The position numbers were made by a program, and so were the translations under genes. DNA of 64,000 bases, taken from the NCBI GenBank assembly GCA_048882325.1, contig JBHLRS010000002.1, positions 1 to 64,000 on the forward strand. Reading direction: 5' to 3'. The notes below the pieces were generated by a model. The model did no database searches, was not told the origin of the DNA, and saw only the letters and a program-made list of their open reading frames with translations. The DNA is from Candidatus Thorarchaeota archaeon (GTDB lineage Archaea; Asgardarchaeota; Thorarchaeia; Thorarchaeales; Thorarchaeaceae). This document shows, in pieces, positions 10,156 through 19,552 of this stretch; the stretch's first letter is position 1, and each line of letters starts with the position of its first letter.

Positions 10156-10213
10156 AAGGATGGAAGGAGATGCGACCCACGGAACCTTGCGGGGTGTGTC
10201 AGACGCGGCCCAT
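10156..10213 (-). terminator. GC-rich hairpin + CTCCTTCCATCC tail
   Basis: Downstream of the GT87 gene; shares the tail with the elements at 16685 and 17233. Confidence 0.45.
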
Positions 10214-10280
10214 TTGGTTTTAGGCAATTGTGGCTTTATAGAGATGCAGTAGGAGATGAAAGAATAGTATCGAAAGTAAT

Positions 10281-11570
10281 TCATAGCTTTCTTACTGAAT
10301 ATACAGAATTTGAGAGACGATGATACAGGAAATAGAGAATGAGTAACCATATCGGAATAATAGGGTCGAATCCAAGTAACAGGTAGTGGAGAAGTATTCC
10401 AATAGTGAAGAAAGCAAGTAGATTGTTGGATCCTGACCAGAGTATATCCATTGCTTGATTATCATCATGATACGTGTATAACTCAAGCATTGATGGAGCG
10501 AGAAATGCATACCAGACTGCTAGAAATAGAAACCATGAGTCCGGATATACTAGAAGAATCAGAAAGGTCATGTCTGTGAAGTGATGAAGATAGTTCTTCT
10601 TCTCAAGGGGCGTCCTCACGAAACGAGTATAACTTCTTAGGAAAATACCCCCTCCTAGAATCAAGATAAGCACAATTTTAAGAATGAAAAATTCCGAGAT
10701 GGGTACAAAAGCCAAGATGAGTTTTGTTAGACTCGTACTATGCTGTCCTGCAAGTTCTTCGAAAAGATTCACCTGAATGAGTTTGCCTAATGCCGCTGGA
10801 TAGAAACTGAAATACAGAATGTTAGGGACCATGGATAGGAGGAAACCAGCTAATGTTCCCACACATTGCTTTACTGGGAGAGAGAATTGAAAGCGACCTA
10901 TCATTGATAGTGGAAATAAGAATGGGAAAAGTAGAACGAAGAAAGGCTTTAGATTCGTAGATAATCCAATGAGCAATCCTATAAGAAGAAAGTGTTTCCA
11001 AGATTTCTTTGTGGAAGATTGTACCAGAAATAATGCAAGTATACTGCAGAGGATTGCGAGCTGAGTGATCTGACCAAACATGATGTTAATGATATGTTGA
11101 GGAGCAATGAATACAAAGAGAAGTGTCTTCTCAAAGTTCTTTGTTGTTACGGTGACTCCTCTCTGCAGACTTACTTGGTAAACAAAATAGACGATTCCAA
11201 AATTGCAAAACATCATTAATGTGATGTTGACCAAATAGAGACTGATCATCGGTGCACCTACAAATAGCGCCATAAAAATCGCGAAAGAGGGGAGATATCT
11301 GAATGGTAGACCATTTGGATTGACTAAGTAGATGTCTGCAGGAGAATTTAGGAACTCCAACCCAGCTTCATAGAAGACCCGAAAATCCACAGTGTATACC
11401 GTATCGAGGTAAGTTCCATGAAAAAGTAAGACGACAAACCCAATTACGACACCAGAGTAATAGATTAGATTGAAAGCTAGACCGACCTTAAGCAGGCGAG
11501 ACTGTCTGAAGTAATCCTGGAAAGATGGACTTGCATCAACCCTCTCCGTCACCAAATTAGAACACCCCAT
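10281..11570 (-). CDS. GT-C fold glycosyltransferase, family 87 (DUF2029)-like
   Basis: DFRVFYEAG...PFRYLPSFA, NIMFGQ, NLKPF motifs; polytopic membrane protein. Confidence 0.8.
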   Translation of the reverse strand: MGCSNLVTERVDASPSFQDYFRQSRLLKVGLAFNLIYYSGVVIGFVVLLFHGTYLDTVYTVDFRVFYEAGLEFLNSPADIYLVNPNGLPFRYLPSFAIFMALFVGAPMISLYLVNITLMMFCNFGIVYFVYQVSLQRGVTVTTKNFEKTLLFVFIAPQHIINIMFGQITQLAILCSILALFLVQSSTKKSWKHFLLIGLLIGLSTNLKPFFVLLFPFLFPLSMIGRFQFSLPVKQCVGTLAGFLLSMVPNILYFSFYPAALGKLIQVNLFEELAGQHSTSLTKLILAFVPISEFFILKIVLILILGGGIFLRSYTRFVRTPLEKKNYLHHFTDMTFLILLVYPDSWFLFLAVWYAFLAPSMLELYTYHDDNQAMDILWSGSNNLLAFFTIGILLHYLLLGFDPIIPIWLLILYFLYHRLSNSVYSVRKL

Positions 11571-12094
11571 AGGAGAGCTTCAGCAACAATTAACGAAACT
11601 CCAGATGCTACGAATAGTCCGACTATGAGGATAGCCTCAGGCCATTTGTAGCGTTTGGTCCACCTAACATCAACAAGAAAGAATGGTAGTAACAAACCAA
11701 TAATCATAACAGCCATCAGAATAAGATTCGGGGGTTGTATATAGTTACGTGCATCCATGAGGATCATGTAGATGGAAACAGCTACAACTGGAGGGTGAAG
11801 TGTGACTCTTTCAACAAAACCCCATTTTCTATTCGTCGCCCAATAATCCTGAGACATGAACCGTCGCATGAAGTTAATGTCCCAAATTGATGTGACCACA
11901 AGAATTGGAAAAGCAACTATTACCATTACATTGAACGGCCAGAATCCTAAACCAAAAGCGAGAGCTAGACAAGTGTAGTACGAGAAGAAGCGACTGAAGT
12001 ATCTACGTCTGAATTGGAGCTCCTCTACTAGTTTGAACTCAACAATCCATACTCGAAAAAGAAGGAAGAAGACCCCCAGAATGACCATGACCAA
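11549..12094 (-). CDS. hypothetical polytopic membrane protein
   Basis: About 5-6 TM segments; overlaps the start of the GT87 gene. Confidence 0.75.
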   Translation of the reverse strand: MVMVILGVFFLLFRVWIVEFKLVEELQFRRRYFSRFFSYYTCLALAFGLGFWPFNVMVIVAFPILVVTSIWDINFMRRFMSQDYWATNRKWGFVERVTLHPPVVAVSIYMILMDARNYIQPPNLILMAVMIIGLLLPFFLVDVRWTKRYKWPEAILIVGLFVASGVSLIVAEALLWGVLIW

Positions 12095-12214
12095 TAATTC
12101 AAACCTCGATATTCCAGACTAGTGAGCCCGTGCAATGATAAACCTCTTTAAATCAGTTTGTTACTGGCTTTTTCGAAAGTCTTGTCTGAAAGAATTTTAA
12201 ACGGAGAATAAAAG

Positions 12215-12637
12215 GTGGCTGGAGTTATTGAACTATCAAGGTCTACAGGAAAACGATTAATGACCTGGAGCATTGGTAGTTTCATAATTGGGATAATCCT
12301 AGTGTTTAGTTCACCAGGTACAATTCTCGGTGGAATTGGACTTCAGGCTGTCATCTGGGGAGCGATTGATGCAGCCATTGCAGCATATGTTCTTTTCAAA
12401 CAGAAAGAATACTCAGCGGAAAAAATAGCAAGCACTGTTTACAAAAACATCTACTTGGACATTGTCTATCAAGTTGTTGGATTAATCATCATTATGGTTT
12501 TTATTCAAGACCCATACTTGGTGGGTAATGGGATAGGCGTGATCGTTCAGGGATTCTTTCTATTTCTGTTGGATGTCTTATATTACAATTCACTCAAGGC
12601 TTTGGTAAAAGAAACTATAGCCAGTTCTATTGAATAA
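12215..12637 (+). CDS. hypothetical 4-TM membrane protein
   Basis: GIGLQAVIWGAIDAAIA and GIGVIVQGFFLFLLD helices. Confidence 0.75.
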   Translation: MAGVIELSRSTGKRLMTWSIGSFIIGIILVFSSPGTILGGIGLQAVIWGAIDAAIAAYVLFKQKEYSAEKIASTVYKNIYLDIVYQVVGLIIIMVFIQDPYLVGNGIGVIVQGFFLFLLDVLYYNSLKALVKETIASSIE

Positions 12638-12764
12638 TAAAAATAACATTTTAACTATACTTAGAATAATCTATCTATTTGTATAGATAGGAATGTTAAA
12701 AAAGAGTACTCTTGGTTTTTCGCATTCCAAAATTCAGGACCAACAAAGAAGACGTGTGAGGCAT

Positions 12765-13709
12765 ATGAATAAGAGAAAATATGTGAAACAATACAAGTGG
12801 TCCAATATATACGCAATGATGCGAGGTGGGGGAGGAAATCTACAAGAGTGTACTGATGATTTCAAAGGACGCCTGGTTGTTATCACAGGTGCTACATCAG
12901 GTATTGGATATGTAACTGCCAGAGAGTACGCTTCACACGGAGCGAACCTTCTTCTCATTAATAGAAACGAAGAAAAGTCGATTGCTCTCTGTGAGGAGAT
13001 TCGCCAAGAATTTCAGGTAGAATGCGATTACAAGATTGCAGATTTTTCACGACTGTCTGAAGTGCGTAAAATTGGAGAGGAGATTCGAGAATCAGACCTA
13101 GAAATGGATGTCTTAATTCATAATGCAGGCATCTATTCAACAGCCAAGATAATTACTGAAGACGGTCATGAACTCGTGTTTCAAGTAGACTATCTTTCGT
13201 CTTTCGTCCTGAACTACATATTGAAAGACAAATTGAAGACTCAGGGAAAAGCACGCATCATCTTTGTCAATTCTGAGGGCCATCGCTTTGCTGTTTGGGG
13301 CATAGGATTACATGACCCCAATTATGAGAAACGTCGACACACGGGTTTGGGGAGTTATGGTGTTGCGAAAACAGCTCAGCTTCTTTCAATGATCAAATTT
13401 GCTGAATATTTCGAGGGTAGTGGTGTCACCATAAATGCAATGCACCCTGGAAATGTCAAAACCAATAGTGGTTCACAAAATGGCAGAATCTATCGCTGGT
13501 ACAAGAGAAACATCATTAATCGTGCCGCGAAAGACCCTGAAATATCAGCAACAGCATTGTATTATCTCGGAGTTTCAAAAGAAGTCGAAGGAATAACTGG
13601 GAAGTTCTTCAATCTCACAACCGAGGTAGAGCCCGCACCTCCTGCATTGGACAGGGAGGTGGCAGAGAAACTTTGGCATAAATCCGTAGTGATGGCTGGG
13701 TTGCAATGA
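12765..13709 (+). CDS. short-chain dehydrogenase/reductase (retinol dehydrogenase-like subgroup)
   Basis: VITGATSGIG, HNAG, YGVAK (YxxxK), HPGNVKT; start placed at MNKRKY. Confidence 0.9.
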   Translation: MNKRKYVKQYKWSNIYAMMRGGGGNLQECTDDFKGRLVVITGATSGIGYVTAREYASHGANLLLINRNEEKSIALCEEIRQEFQVECDYKIADFSRLSEVRKIGEEIRESDLEMDVLIHNAGIYSTAKIITEDGHELVFQVDYLSSFVLNYILKDKLKTQGKARIIFVNSEGHRFAVWGIGLHDPNYEKRRHTGLGSYGVAKTAQLLSMIKFAEYFEGSGVTINAMHPGNVKTNSGSQNGRIYRWYKRNIINRAAKDPEISATALYYLGVSKEVEGITGKFFNLTTEVEPAPPALDREVAEKLWHKSVVMAGLQ

Positions 13710-15301
13710 GCGAGAACTATCATAGAACCATCATTGTTGGCGCAGGTATGGCTGGGTTGACTGCTGCAGTGTATCTTGCAAGAGCAGGACACAACGTCCT
13801 TCTGCTTGAGAAGAACAAAGAATGTGGTGGACTCCTTAGTTCGTTTAGTAGAGAAGGATTCACATTTGATGCAGGTGCACGGTCAATCCTGAATGCAGGG
13901 GTAATTCATCCAATGCTCAGAGAACTCGGAATCGAGCTTGACTTCCTTGATAGTCCCGTATCAATAGGAATCGAGAACGATGTCATCAATCTATCTCCCG
14001 AAACTGGCTTGGATGATTACAAACGATTGCTAGAGAAATTGTATCCTGAGAGCGTCAACGATATTGACAAAATCGACTCGAAAATTAGAAAGATAATGAA
14101 AGACATGCAGATCTTGTACGCTATAGATAACCCGAACTTTAGGGAAGAGAAAGACGGAGCGTATCTCAAACAACTCCTCGGTTGGTTGCCAAAATTCCTG
14201 CCTGTCTTACGACGAATGAGTAAACAGAATGAGCCTGTTGAATCGTATTTAGCAAAATTGACTTCAAATCAGTCCCTAATCGATATCATCGCACAGCATT
14301 TCTTCAAGAAGACACCGACCTCTTTTGCCTTGGGTTACTTCTATTCCTATACCGATTATATGTACCCAAGAGGAGGTACAGGTGAGTTACCAAAGGCGAT
14401 ACTACAAAGAATCATTGAATTAGGTGGGAAGATTCAGACTGAGACTGATATTGTCGAGGTCAACCCTTCAGAAAAAATAGTGAAGGACAGGAATGGAAAC
14501 TTGTATTCATTTGACACTCTCATCTGGAGTGCAGATTTGAAAACACTATACAGAAACTTGGACACCAGAGATTTGGATGAAAAGGTCACATCTAAGATAA
14601 TAGAACAGAAGGATCTTCTTCTTTCAAAACGTGGGTGTGATTCTGTCTTTTCATTATTCATTGGTGTAGATATGCCTCTAGAAGCATTTAGCACCATCTC
14701 AAATGGACACTTCTTCTATACTCCATCGAAAGATGGACTGGGGGAAGTACACTGGTCAGAATTAGATTCTTTGATTGAGAATTTTGAGTCTAAATCAAAG
14801 GAAGATGTTATACAGTGGTTGAACAAGTACTGCCGATTAACGACATACGAGATCTCGATTCCAGCATTCAGAGACCCTACATTAACTCCGAAGGATAAGA
14901 CGGGCTTAGAAATTAGTATGCTCTTTGAATACGATTTAATGAAGAAAGTCGAGGATGCCAATTGGTATGAAGAGTTCCGAACAGAGATAGAAAAACGCAT
15001 GTTGGATACCCTTTCGAACTCCATCTATCCAGGTTTGAAGGACAAGGTAATCTTTCAGACATCTTCAACCCCACTCAGTATCGAAAAGATAGCAGGAACT
15101 TCAGAAGGGGCAATCGTGGGTTGGTCTTATGTATCACCTGTCCCTGTAGAACACCAACTCCGAAAGATTCCTAGCTCAGTCAAGACACCGATTCCAAATA
15201 TATACCAAGCAGGACAATGGGCGTACAGTCCAGCAGGTATACCTACTGCAATCATTACTGGTTGGAATGCTGCCAAAAATGTAATGAAGACCCAAAAATG
15301 A
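13706..15301 (+). CDS. FAD-dependent oxidoreductase, phytoene desaturase (CrtI)-like
   Basis: IVGAGMAGLTAA...LLEK...GG, FDAG, YPRGG, NIYQAGQW; ATGA overlap with the SDR gene. Confidence 0.88.
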   Translation: MSENYHRTIIVGAGMAGLTAAVYLARAGHNVLLLEKNKECGGLLSSFSREGFTFDAGARSILNAGVIHPMLRELGIELDFLDSPVSIGIENDVINLSPETGLDDYKRLLEKLYPESVNDIDKIDSKIRKIMKDMQILYAIDNPNFREEKDGAYLKQLLGWLPKFLPVLRRMSKQNEPVESYLAKLTSNQSLIDIIAQHFFKKTPTSFALGYFYSYTDYMYPRGGTGELPKAILQRIIELGGKIQTETDIVEVNPSEKIVKDRNGNLYSFDTLIWSADLKTLYRNLDTRDLDEKVTSKIIEQKDLLLSKRGCDSVFSLFIGVDMPLEAFSTISNGHFFYTPSKDGLGEVHWSELDSLIENFESKSKEDVIQWLNKYCRLTTYEISIPAFRDPTLTPKDKTGLEISMLFEYDLMKKVEDANWYEEFRTEIEKRMLDTLSNSIYPGLKDKVIFQTSSTPLSIEKIAGTSEGAIVGWSYVSPVPVEHQLRKIPSSVKTPIPNIYQAGQWAYSPAGIPTAIITGWNAAKNVMKTQK

Positions 15302-15335
15302 AAGAGGGATTGAAGGGGGTGCGACCAGCGCACCC
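15301..15335. terminator. hairpin between convergent genes
   Basis: GGGTGCG-accag-CGCACCC; minus-strand tail CCTTCAATCCCTCTTT. Confidence 0.6.
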
Positions 15336-16615
15336 TATAGGGTCGAATAATTTCTAAACCAAACATTTGCAGTTTCTCTCTTCTTAATTACAACGACGAG
15401 TACAATCAAACTAACGATGATGGAGATTGAAGCACTGACGTAGACATTGAGAGGCCAAGTAGATGCAGTACTATTAGTGGTTTCGTTATGAGAGGTAGTA
15501 ATCGGATTTTGGTTGATATTAGACCAATTAAGTCTGTATGAATTTGCTGAAGGAACATACTCAGCTAGATACTCCCGTGCCCTTTCAACATTCAATTTAC
15601 CATATCCTGACCTGTCATCCCATCCCTCACCAAGAATATCTATAGCACCCCAGACCAATGCATCTTCAATTTGACCATTTGACGCCCATGGAAACTGATT
15701 CCAGAGAAGAACAGCTGAAGCCGCTGCTATTGGTGTTGAACAGGAAGAACCTCCGAATGTTCCATAATCACGTGTAGTCTGCCTATATGCAGGAACGCCA
15801 CCTGCTGGAGCTATCAGAAACAACTTGTCTCCGTAACCACCTTCGTTAAAGTTTCCTCCACTGTCAAATCGTCCGATGACTCGGAAATAGGGCAATGACT
15901 GTGGTATGTCCTTTGGATGCAGTGGATAGAGTGTGTTGTCACATCCTGCGAAAAATAGTGCATCTCCACTTTCATAAAGTTCTGAAACCTTATTCTGGAG
16001 TTTCACCAAAACTGGATCATCAAAATCAAGTAAGTACACTGTCGCGAGAAAACTCATAGTGAAGACCATTTTTCCAAAACTAGTACCCCACTCAAATATG
16101 TCGATCAATTTCTGCAGATATATCCGATATGAATCAACATCTTCAGTAGGATAACTGCCCCATGGCCATGCACTGTACAATGGAGCGTTTACAATCCCAG
16201 CTACACCTATGCCATTATTGATGATGGAAGCAGCTACAGACGCAACTGCTGCTTCATGCGAGCTTGAGCTAGTTGTGGGATAAGGCAAATATGAAGTAAA
16301 ATTGATATCCCAAGAAAAACTAGCCTTCTCAGTTATGTTCAGGTCTCCATTTTGGTCATCGATGACGGCTTCTCCAATTACACACAATCCTATTGCTTCA
16401 GAAGCATAGAAGGAATAGCCATGGTCCCAGACGCTATGGACTTTGATGGCATCTAAATGCCAAGGGTTTCCTACTGGATCATTTGGGATGAGTCCATGAG
16501 CAAGAGGCAGCCTTCCGAATGAATGGATGATTATCATGAGAGCTATTAAAATAGTAATAGTAATTGGTTTCGATATACATAACCTCGAACCTGCTTTATT
16601 GCCCATGCCTTTCAA
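15335..16615 (-). CDS. membrane-anchored S8 (subtilisin-like) peptidase with atypical catalytic motifs
   Basis: PNDP...WHLDAIK, SHEAAVAS, NNGIGVAG, GGSSCSTPIAAA, GYGKLN; signal-like segment and C-terminal TM. Confidence 0.8.
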   Translation of the reverse strand: MKGMGNKAGSRLCISKPITITILIALMIIIHSFGRLPLAHGLIPNDPVGNPWHLDAIKVHSVWDHGYSFYASEAIGLCVIGEAVIDDQNGDLNITEKASFSWDINFTSYLPYPTTSSSSHEAAVASVAASIINNGIGVAGIVNAPLYSAWPWGSYPTEDVDSYRIYLQKLIDIFEWGTSFGKMVFTMSFLATVYLLDFDDPVLVKLQNKVSELYESGDALFFAGCDNTLYPLHPKDIPQSLPYFRVIGRFDSGGNFNEGGYGDKLFLIAPAGGVPAYRQTTRDYGTFGGSSCSTPIAAASAVLLWNQFPWASNGQIEDALVWGAIDILGEGWDDRSGYGKLNVERAREYLAEYVPSANSYRLNWSNINQNPITTSHNETTNSTASTWPLNVYVSASISIIVSLIVLVVVIKKRETANVWFRNYSTL

Positions 16616-16684
16616 CTCGGATGAAGCCTAATCTTCGTCGTAGAATTGTTGCATCGTAAATTAAGAACACTCATCACAGCAACG

Positions 16685-16731
16685 GAAAAGAGAAAGGATG
16701 GAAGGAGGTGCTACGAGTCAAAGCACACCTC
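16685..16731 (-). terminator. hairpin + CTCCTTCCATCCTTTCTCTTTT tail
   Basis: A few nt after the stop of 16737..17177; GAGGTG(T)GCT...AGCACCTC stem. Confidence 0.6.
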
Positions 16732-16736
16732 AATCA

Positions 16737-17177
16737 TCAAAACGCCCATCTAGAGTAGACACCTTTGTATTCTATAGCAAATACAATTCCTGCAAGAATT
16801 GCAAATATCCCTGCTAGAATGGCTGGAGAGGTTGCCAGAATACCTAATGATCCCTCAAGCTGTCCAGCAAACATGAATGCAATAACAATAGTCATAATTC
16901 CTATGCAAACGCCAAAACAGGGAGTGCCTTGAATTCTTTGACCAGTGTCCTCTCGAATCACTACATCGCCATATGAACCTACGTTTCTAAAGATAGCCAT
17001 CATATTTCCAGTACGAGCAAACCAGAAACCGATTAGCATTATGAAGGCAAAGATACCGGATGCCATAGCAGCTGTTCCATCATCAAATCCAACAAGAGCG
17101 ACTATGAGTTGTACTATGCAGAGAATGGCGGCAATTACGAAGAGTAATGCGCTTTTCATTGAACCAGCCATTTCCAT
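16737..17177 (-). CDS. hypothetical 4-TM membrane protein
   Basis: Four hydrophobic helices; AGGTGG SD-like sequence upstream. Confidence 0.75.
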   Translation of the reverse strand: MEMAGSMKSALLFVIAAILCIVQLIVALVGFDDGTAAMASGIFAFIMLIGFWFARTGNMMAIFRNVGSYGDVVIREDTGQRIQGTPCFGVCIGIMTIVIAFMFAGQLEGSLGILATSPAILAGIFAILAGIVFAIEYKGVYSRWAF

Positions 17178-17232
17178 ACCACCTGATATTGGAACTTGCT
17201 CTTACATGCAAATCACACATAAGAAGGTAATT

Positions 17233-17272
17233 GAAAAGAGAGAGGGATGGAAGGAGTGTGACAAGCACACCC
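17233..17272 (-). terminator. hairpin + CTCCTTCCATCCCTCTCTCTTTT tail
   Basis: Downstream of the PEPCK gene; near-copy of the 16685 element. Confidence 0.55.
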
Positions 17273-17407
17273 GAGCAGGGATGTCAGGCCCGGTCCGTTT
17301 CAAATCGAAATCATCGAAAACAGACATTTTTCTAAGGATGATGGAATGCGTATTTTGAACGATGAGAAAATAAACCAGTTCATTGTAAGATTCCACTCTT
17401 TGTATAA

Positions 17408-19285
17408 TCACACATATGCTGAGGGCAAAATGCAGTCACCGAGGTCTTTCTGAAACTCCAAGAGGCGCGTTCGCTGCTCTTCAAGAAGATCGAATAATAT
17501 CGGGGGTGTGTCATCGACAGATTTCTTGTAAATCTTAGAGATCCTGTCAATCTTTCCAATATGTTCAGGCACTCTCGTTGTGAAGTGGAGGTCATATTCC
17601 ATGCGAGTATAGTCTTTGTTTCGATGGGTCTGGAAAAGCTCTTCAAGATCCTTAAATCTGGGGATGTAACCGGTTGGGGTTTCGATAGCATCAACCTCAC
17701 CATGAACACGTAACTCCATCCACTTCAACCAGACAGCTTTGTCAAGTTTGTCAGTCAAGAAATTACCATTCGCATCTCTCTGGAAATAGTTGACAGCGAA
17801 TATCAATGGAACATGTTCAGCTTTCTCGATAAAATCAAGATGGTTCTTAATATAACGACCCAATGGTATTGAAATGAAGTCGAGATTGGAAAATGGTTGG
17901 AATTTCCTTACACCACTAGGCCCGAGAGTTGCAGCTGTGGTCTCAGATTCTAGACTTGCACCCATAGTAATGACACCATGTTTCCAGTCAAGAGACTGTT
18001 GAACTGGAACCCATGTGTCCCTATCACGACCACCATAGATAATGCCACCAACTTCAACACCTCGGGGGTCGTCCAATGCCTCATCTAAATTGGAGAGTCC
18101 CTCTAAACCAATTGTGTACCGCGCATTCTTGTTTGCATATGGGATTGCTTCACCATGACGGTCTACTTTACCAGGGAACCACTCTCCAGAATGATTAGTT
18201 CCAATTTCAGGTGGTTCGAAACCATCATCCAACCAACGTACTCCTTCGTCTTCAGTTATGAGAACATTCGAAAAGATAGTTGGTCGTTTTGACTGGAGGG
18301 CATCCCATATCACTGGATCATCTTTCTGAGTGACTGAACGGATAATTCCAAAAATACCACGCTCGACATTAACTGCACGAACCTTTCCATCAATTATGCG
18401 AAGGTATGCAAGGTCATCACCAACAATGGTGTTACCTCGTACCATTGATGTGCTGGTCTTGCCACAACCAGATGGAAATGCTCCGGTGAAGTAAGTCTTT
18501 CTACCTGCAGGTCCATGAATTGCCATGAGAAACATGTGTTCAGCCAACCATCCCTCTCGGTTGGCTTTCCTAATAGCCAGACGTAGAGCGAGTTTCTTCA
18601 GGCCAATTGTGTTCCCAGCGTACTGAGTATTCATACTATAGACGGTATTTTCTTCATAGTCAATCATTACTCCGCGTTTCTTCCAGTCGATGCTGACCGA
18701 ATGAACTAACTTTCCTGACGAGTGGAGCATCCAGAAGATTTCTCGGTCCTCAGGTATCCTTCTGAAGTAATCGTATCCACGTCTATAGAGAAGATCTTCA
18801 CTATGGGCAACATAAAATGAGTCCGATATCTGAACTACAGGTACTGAGAATTCAGAGTCCAGTGGACCTAAACAGAAGAATCGAACAACCATTTTCTTGT
18901 GGTCCATGCTTCCCTTCAATCGTTTTTGAACAATTTCAAGACCTTTGTTGCGGTCCATCTGTGATAGTTGTTCTCCAAGGTTGTCACCTTCCGGAACAAG
19001 ATAGACTGTGGTTTCTTTATCACGAGCCTGATCGTGAAAACCATCGAAGTGTACAGTGTGATAAGGATTAGCAAGCGGGGTCTCTTCACCGCGGGCAATA
19101 GCAGTTCTACGAATATACTCTGTATCCATCTTTGAATCATTACAAATGAAGACCTTCATTGGTTTGCAGAGTTGGATTGCATCTGCTACAAACTTATGAA
19201 CTCGCTTGTTGGGAATAGCAAGTAGTTTCCGAAAATTCGCATCTGTCAATGCATTTTCTAGAATCTTAATGGAGTCATTCATCAT
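17408..19285 (-). CDS. pckG: phosphoenolpyruvate carboxykinase (GTP)
   Basis: YAGNTIGLKK, GWLAEHM, GAFPSGCGKT, VGDD, NARYT, IYGGRD, SETTAA. Confidence 0.95.
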   Translation of the reverse strand: MMNDSIKILENALTDANFRKLLAIPNKRVHKFVADAIQLCKPMKVFICNDSKMDTEYIRRTAIARGEETPLANPYHTVHFDGFHDQARDKETTVYLVPEGDNLGEQLSQMDRNKGLEIVQKRLKGSMDHKKMVVRFFCLGPLDSEFSVPVVQISDSFYVAHSEDLLYRRGYDYFRRIPEDREIFWMLHSSGKLVHSVSIDWKKRGVMIDYEENTVYSMNTQYAGNTIGLKKLALRLAIRKANREGWLAEHMFLMAIHGPAGRKTYFTGAFPSGCGKTSTSMVRGNTIVGDDLAYLRIIDGKVRAVNVERGIFGIIRSVTQKDDPVIWDALQSKRPTIFSNVLITEDEGVRWLDDGFEPPEIGTNHSGEWFPGKVDRHGEAIPYANKNARYTIGLEGLSNLDEALDDPRGVEVGGIIYGGRDRDTWVPVQQSLDWKHGVITMGASLESETTAATLGPSGVRKFQPFSNLDFISIPLGRYIKNHLDFIEKAEHVPLIFAVNYFQRDANGNFLTDKLDKAVWLKWMELRVHGEVDAIETPTGYIPRFKDLEELFQTHRNKDYTRMEYDLHFTTRVPEHIGKIDRISKIYKKSVDDTPPILFDLLEEQRTRLLEFQKDLGDCILPSAYV

Positions 19286-19552
19286 TACAGACCTCGTTAG
19301 AAGCAACTTGCCCGCGTAGGGTCTGTCTACAAGTTCAATATAATTCCGTCGCCAGCTGCAACTATCTTCTCATATATAGTTCCTATTCGATTTATTCCAG
19401 TCAGGGATATGAACCATTTAGCACAATTCATAACCTATTGAGACTCTTTCAATATGTTCTGCCAAACATGTCGGAAACGACAAGACTCAAATGTGAGCAA
19501 GCAGCGAAACGGCCCAGAAGCCTGAGGAAGGCAAGACCCTTGTGGTGATTCT

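Noticed and set aside
10170-10213. Self-cleaving ribozyme (HDV-like) in the GC-rich intergenic stretch
   Set aside because: I could not build the required nested pseudoknot; a simple hairpin of the recurrent 3' element family explains it.
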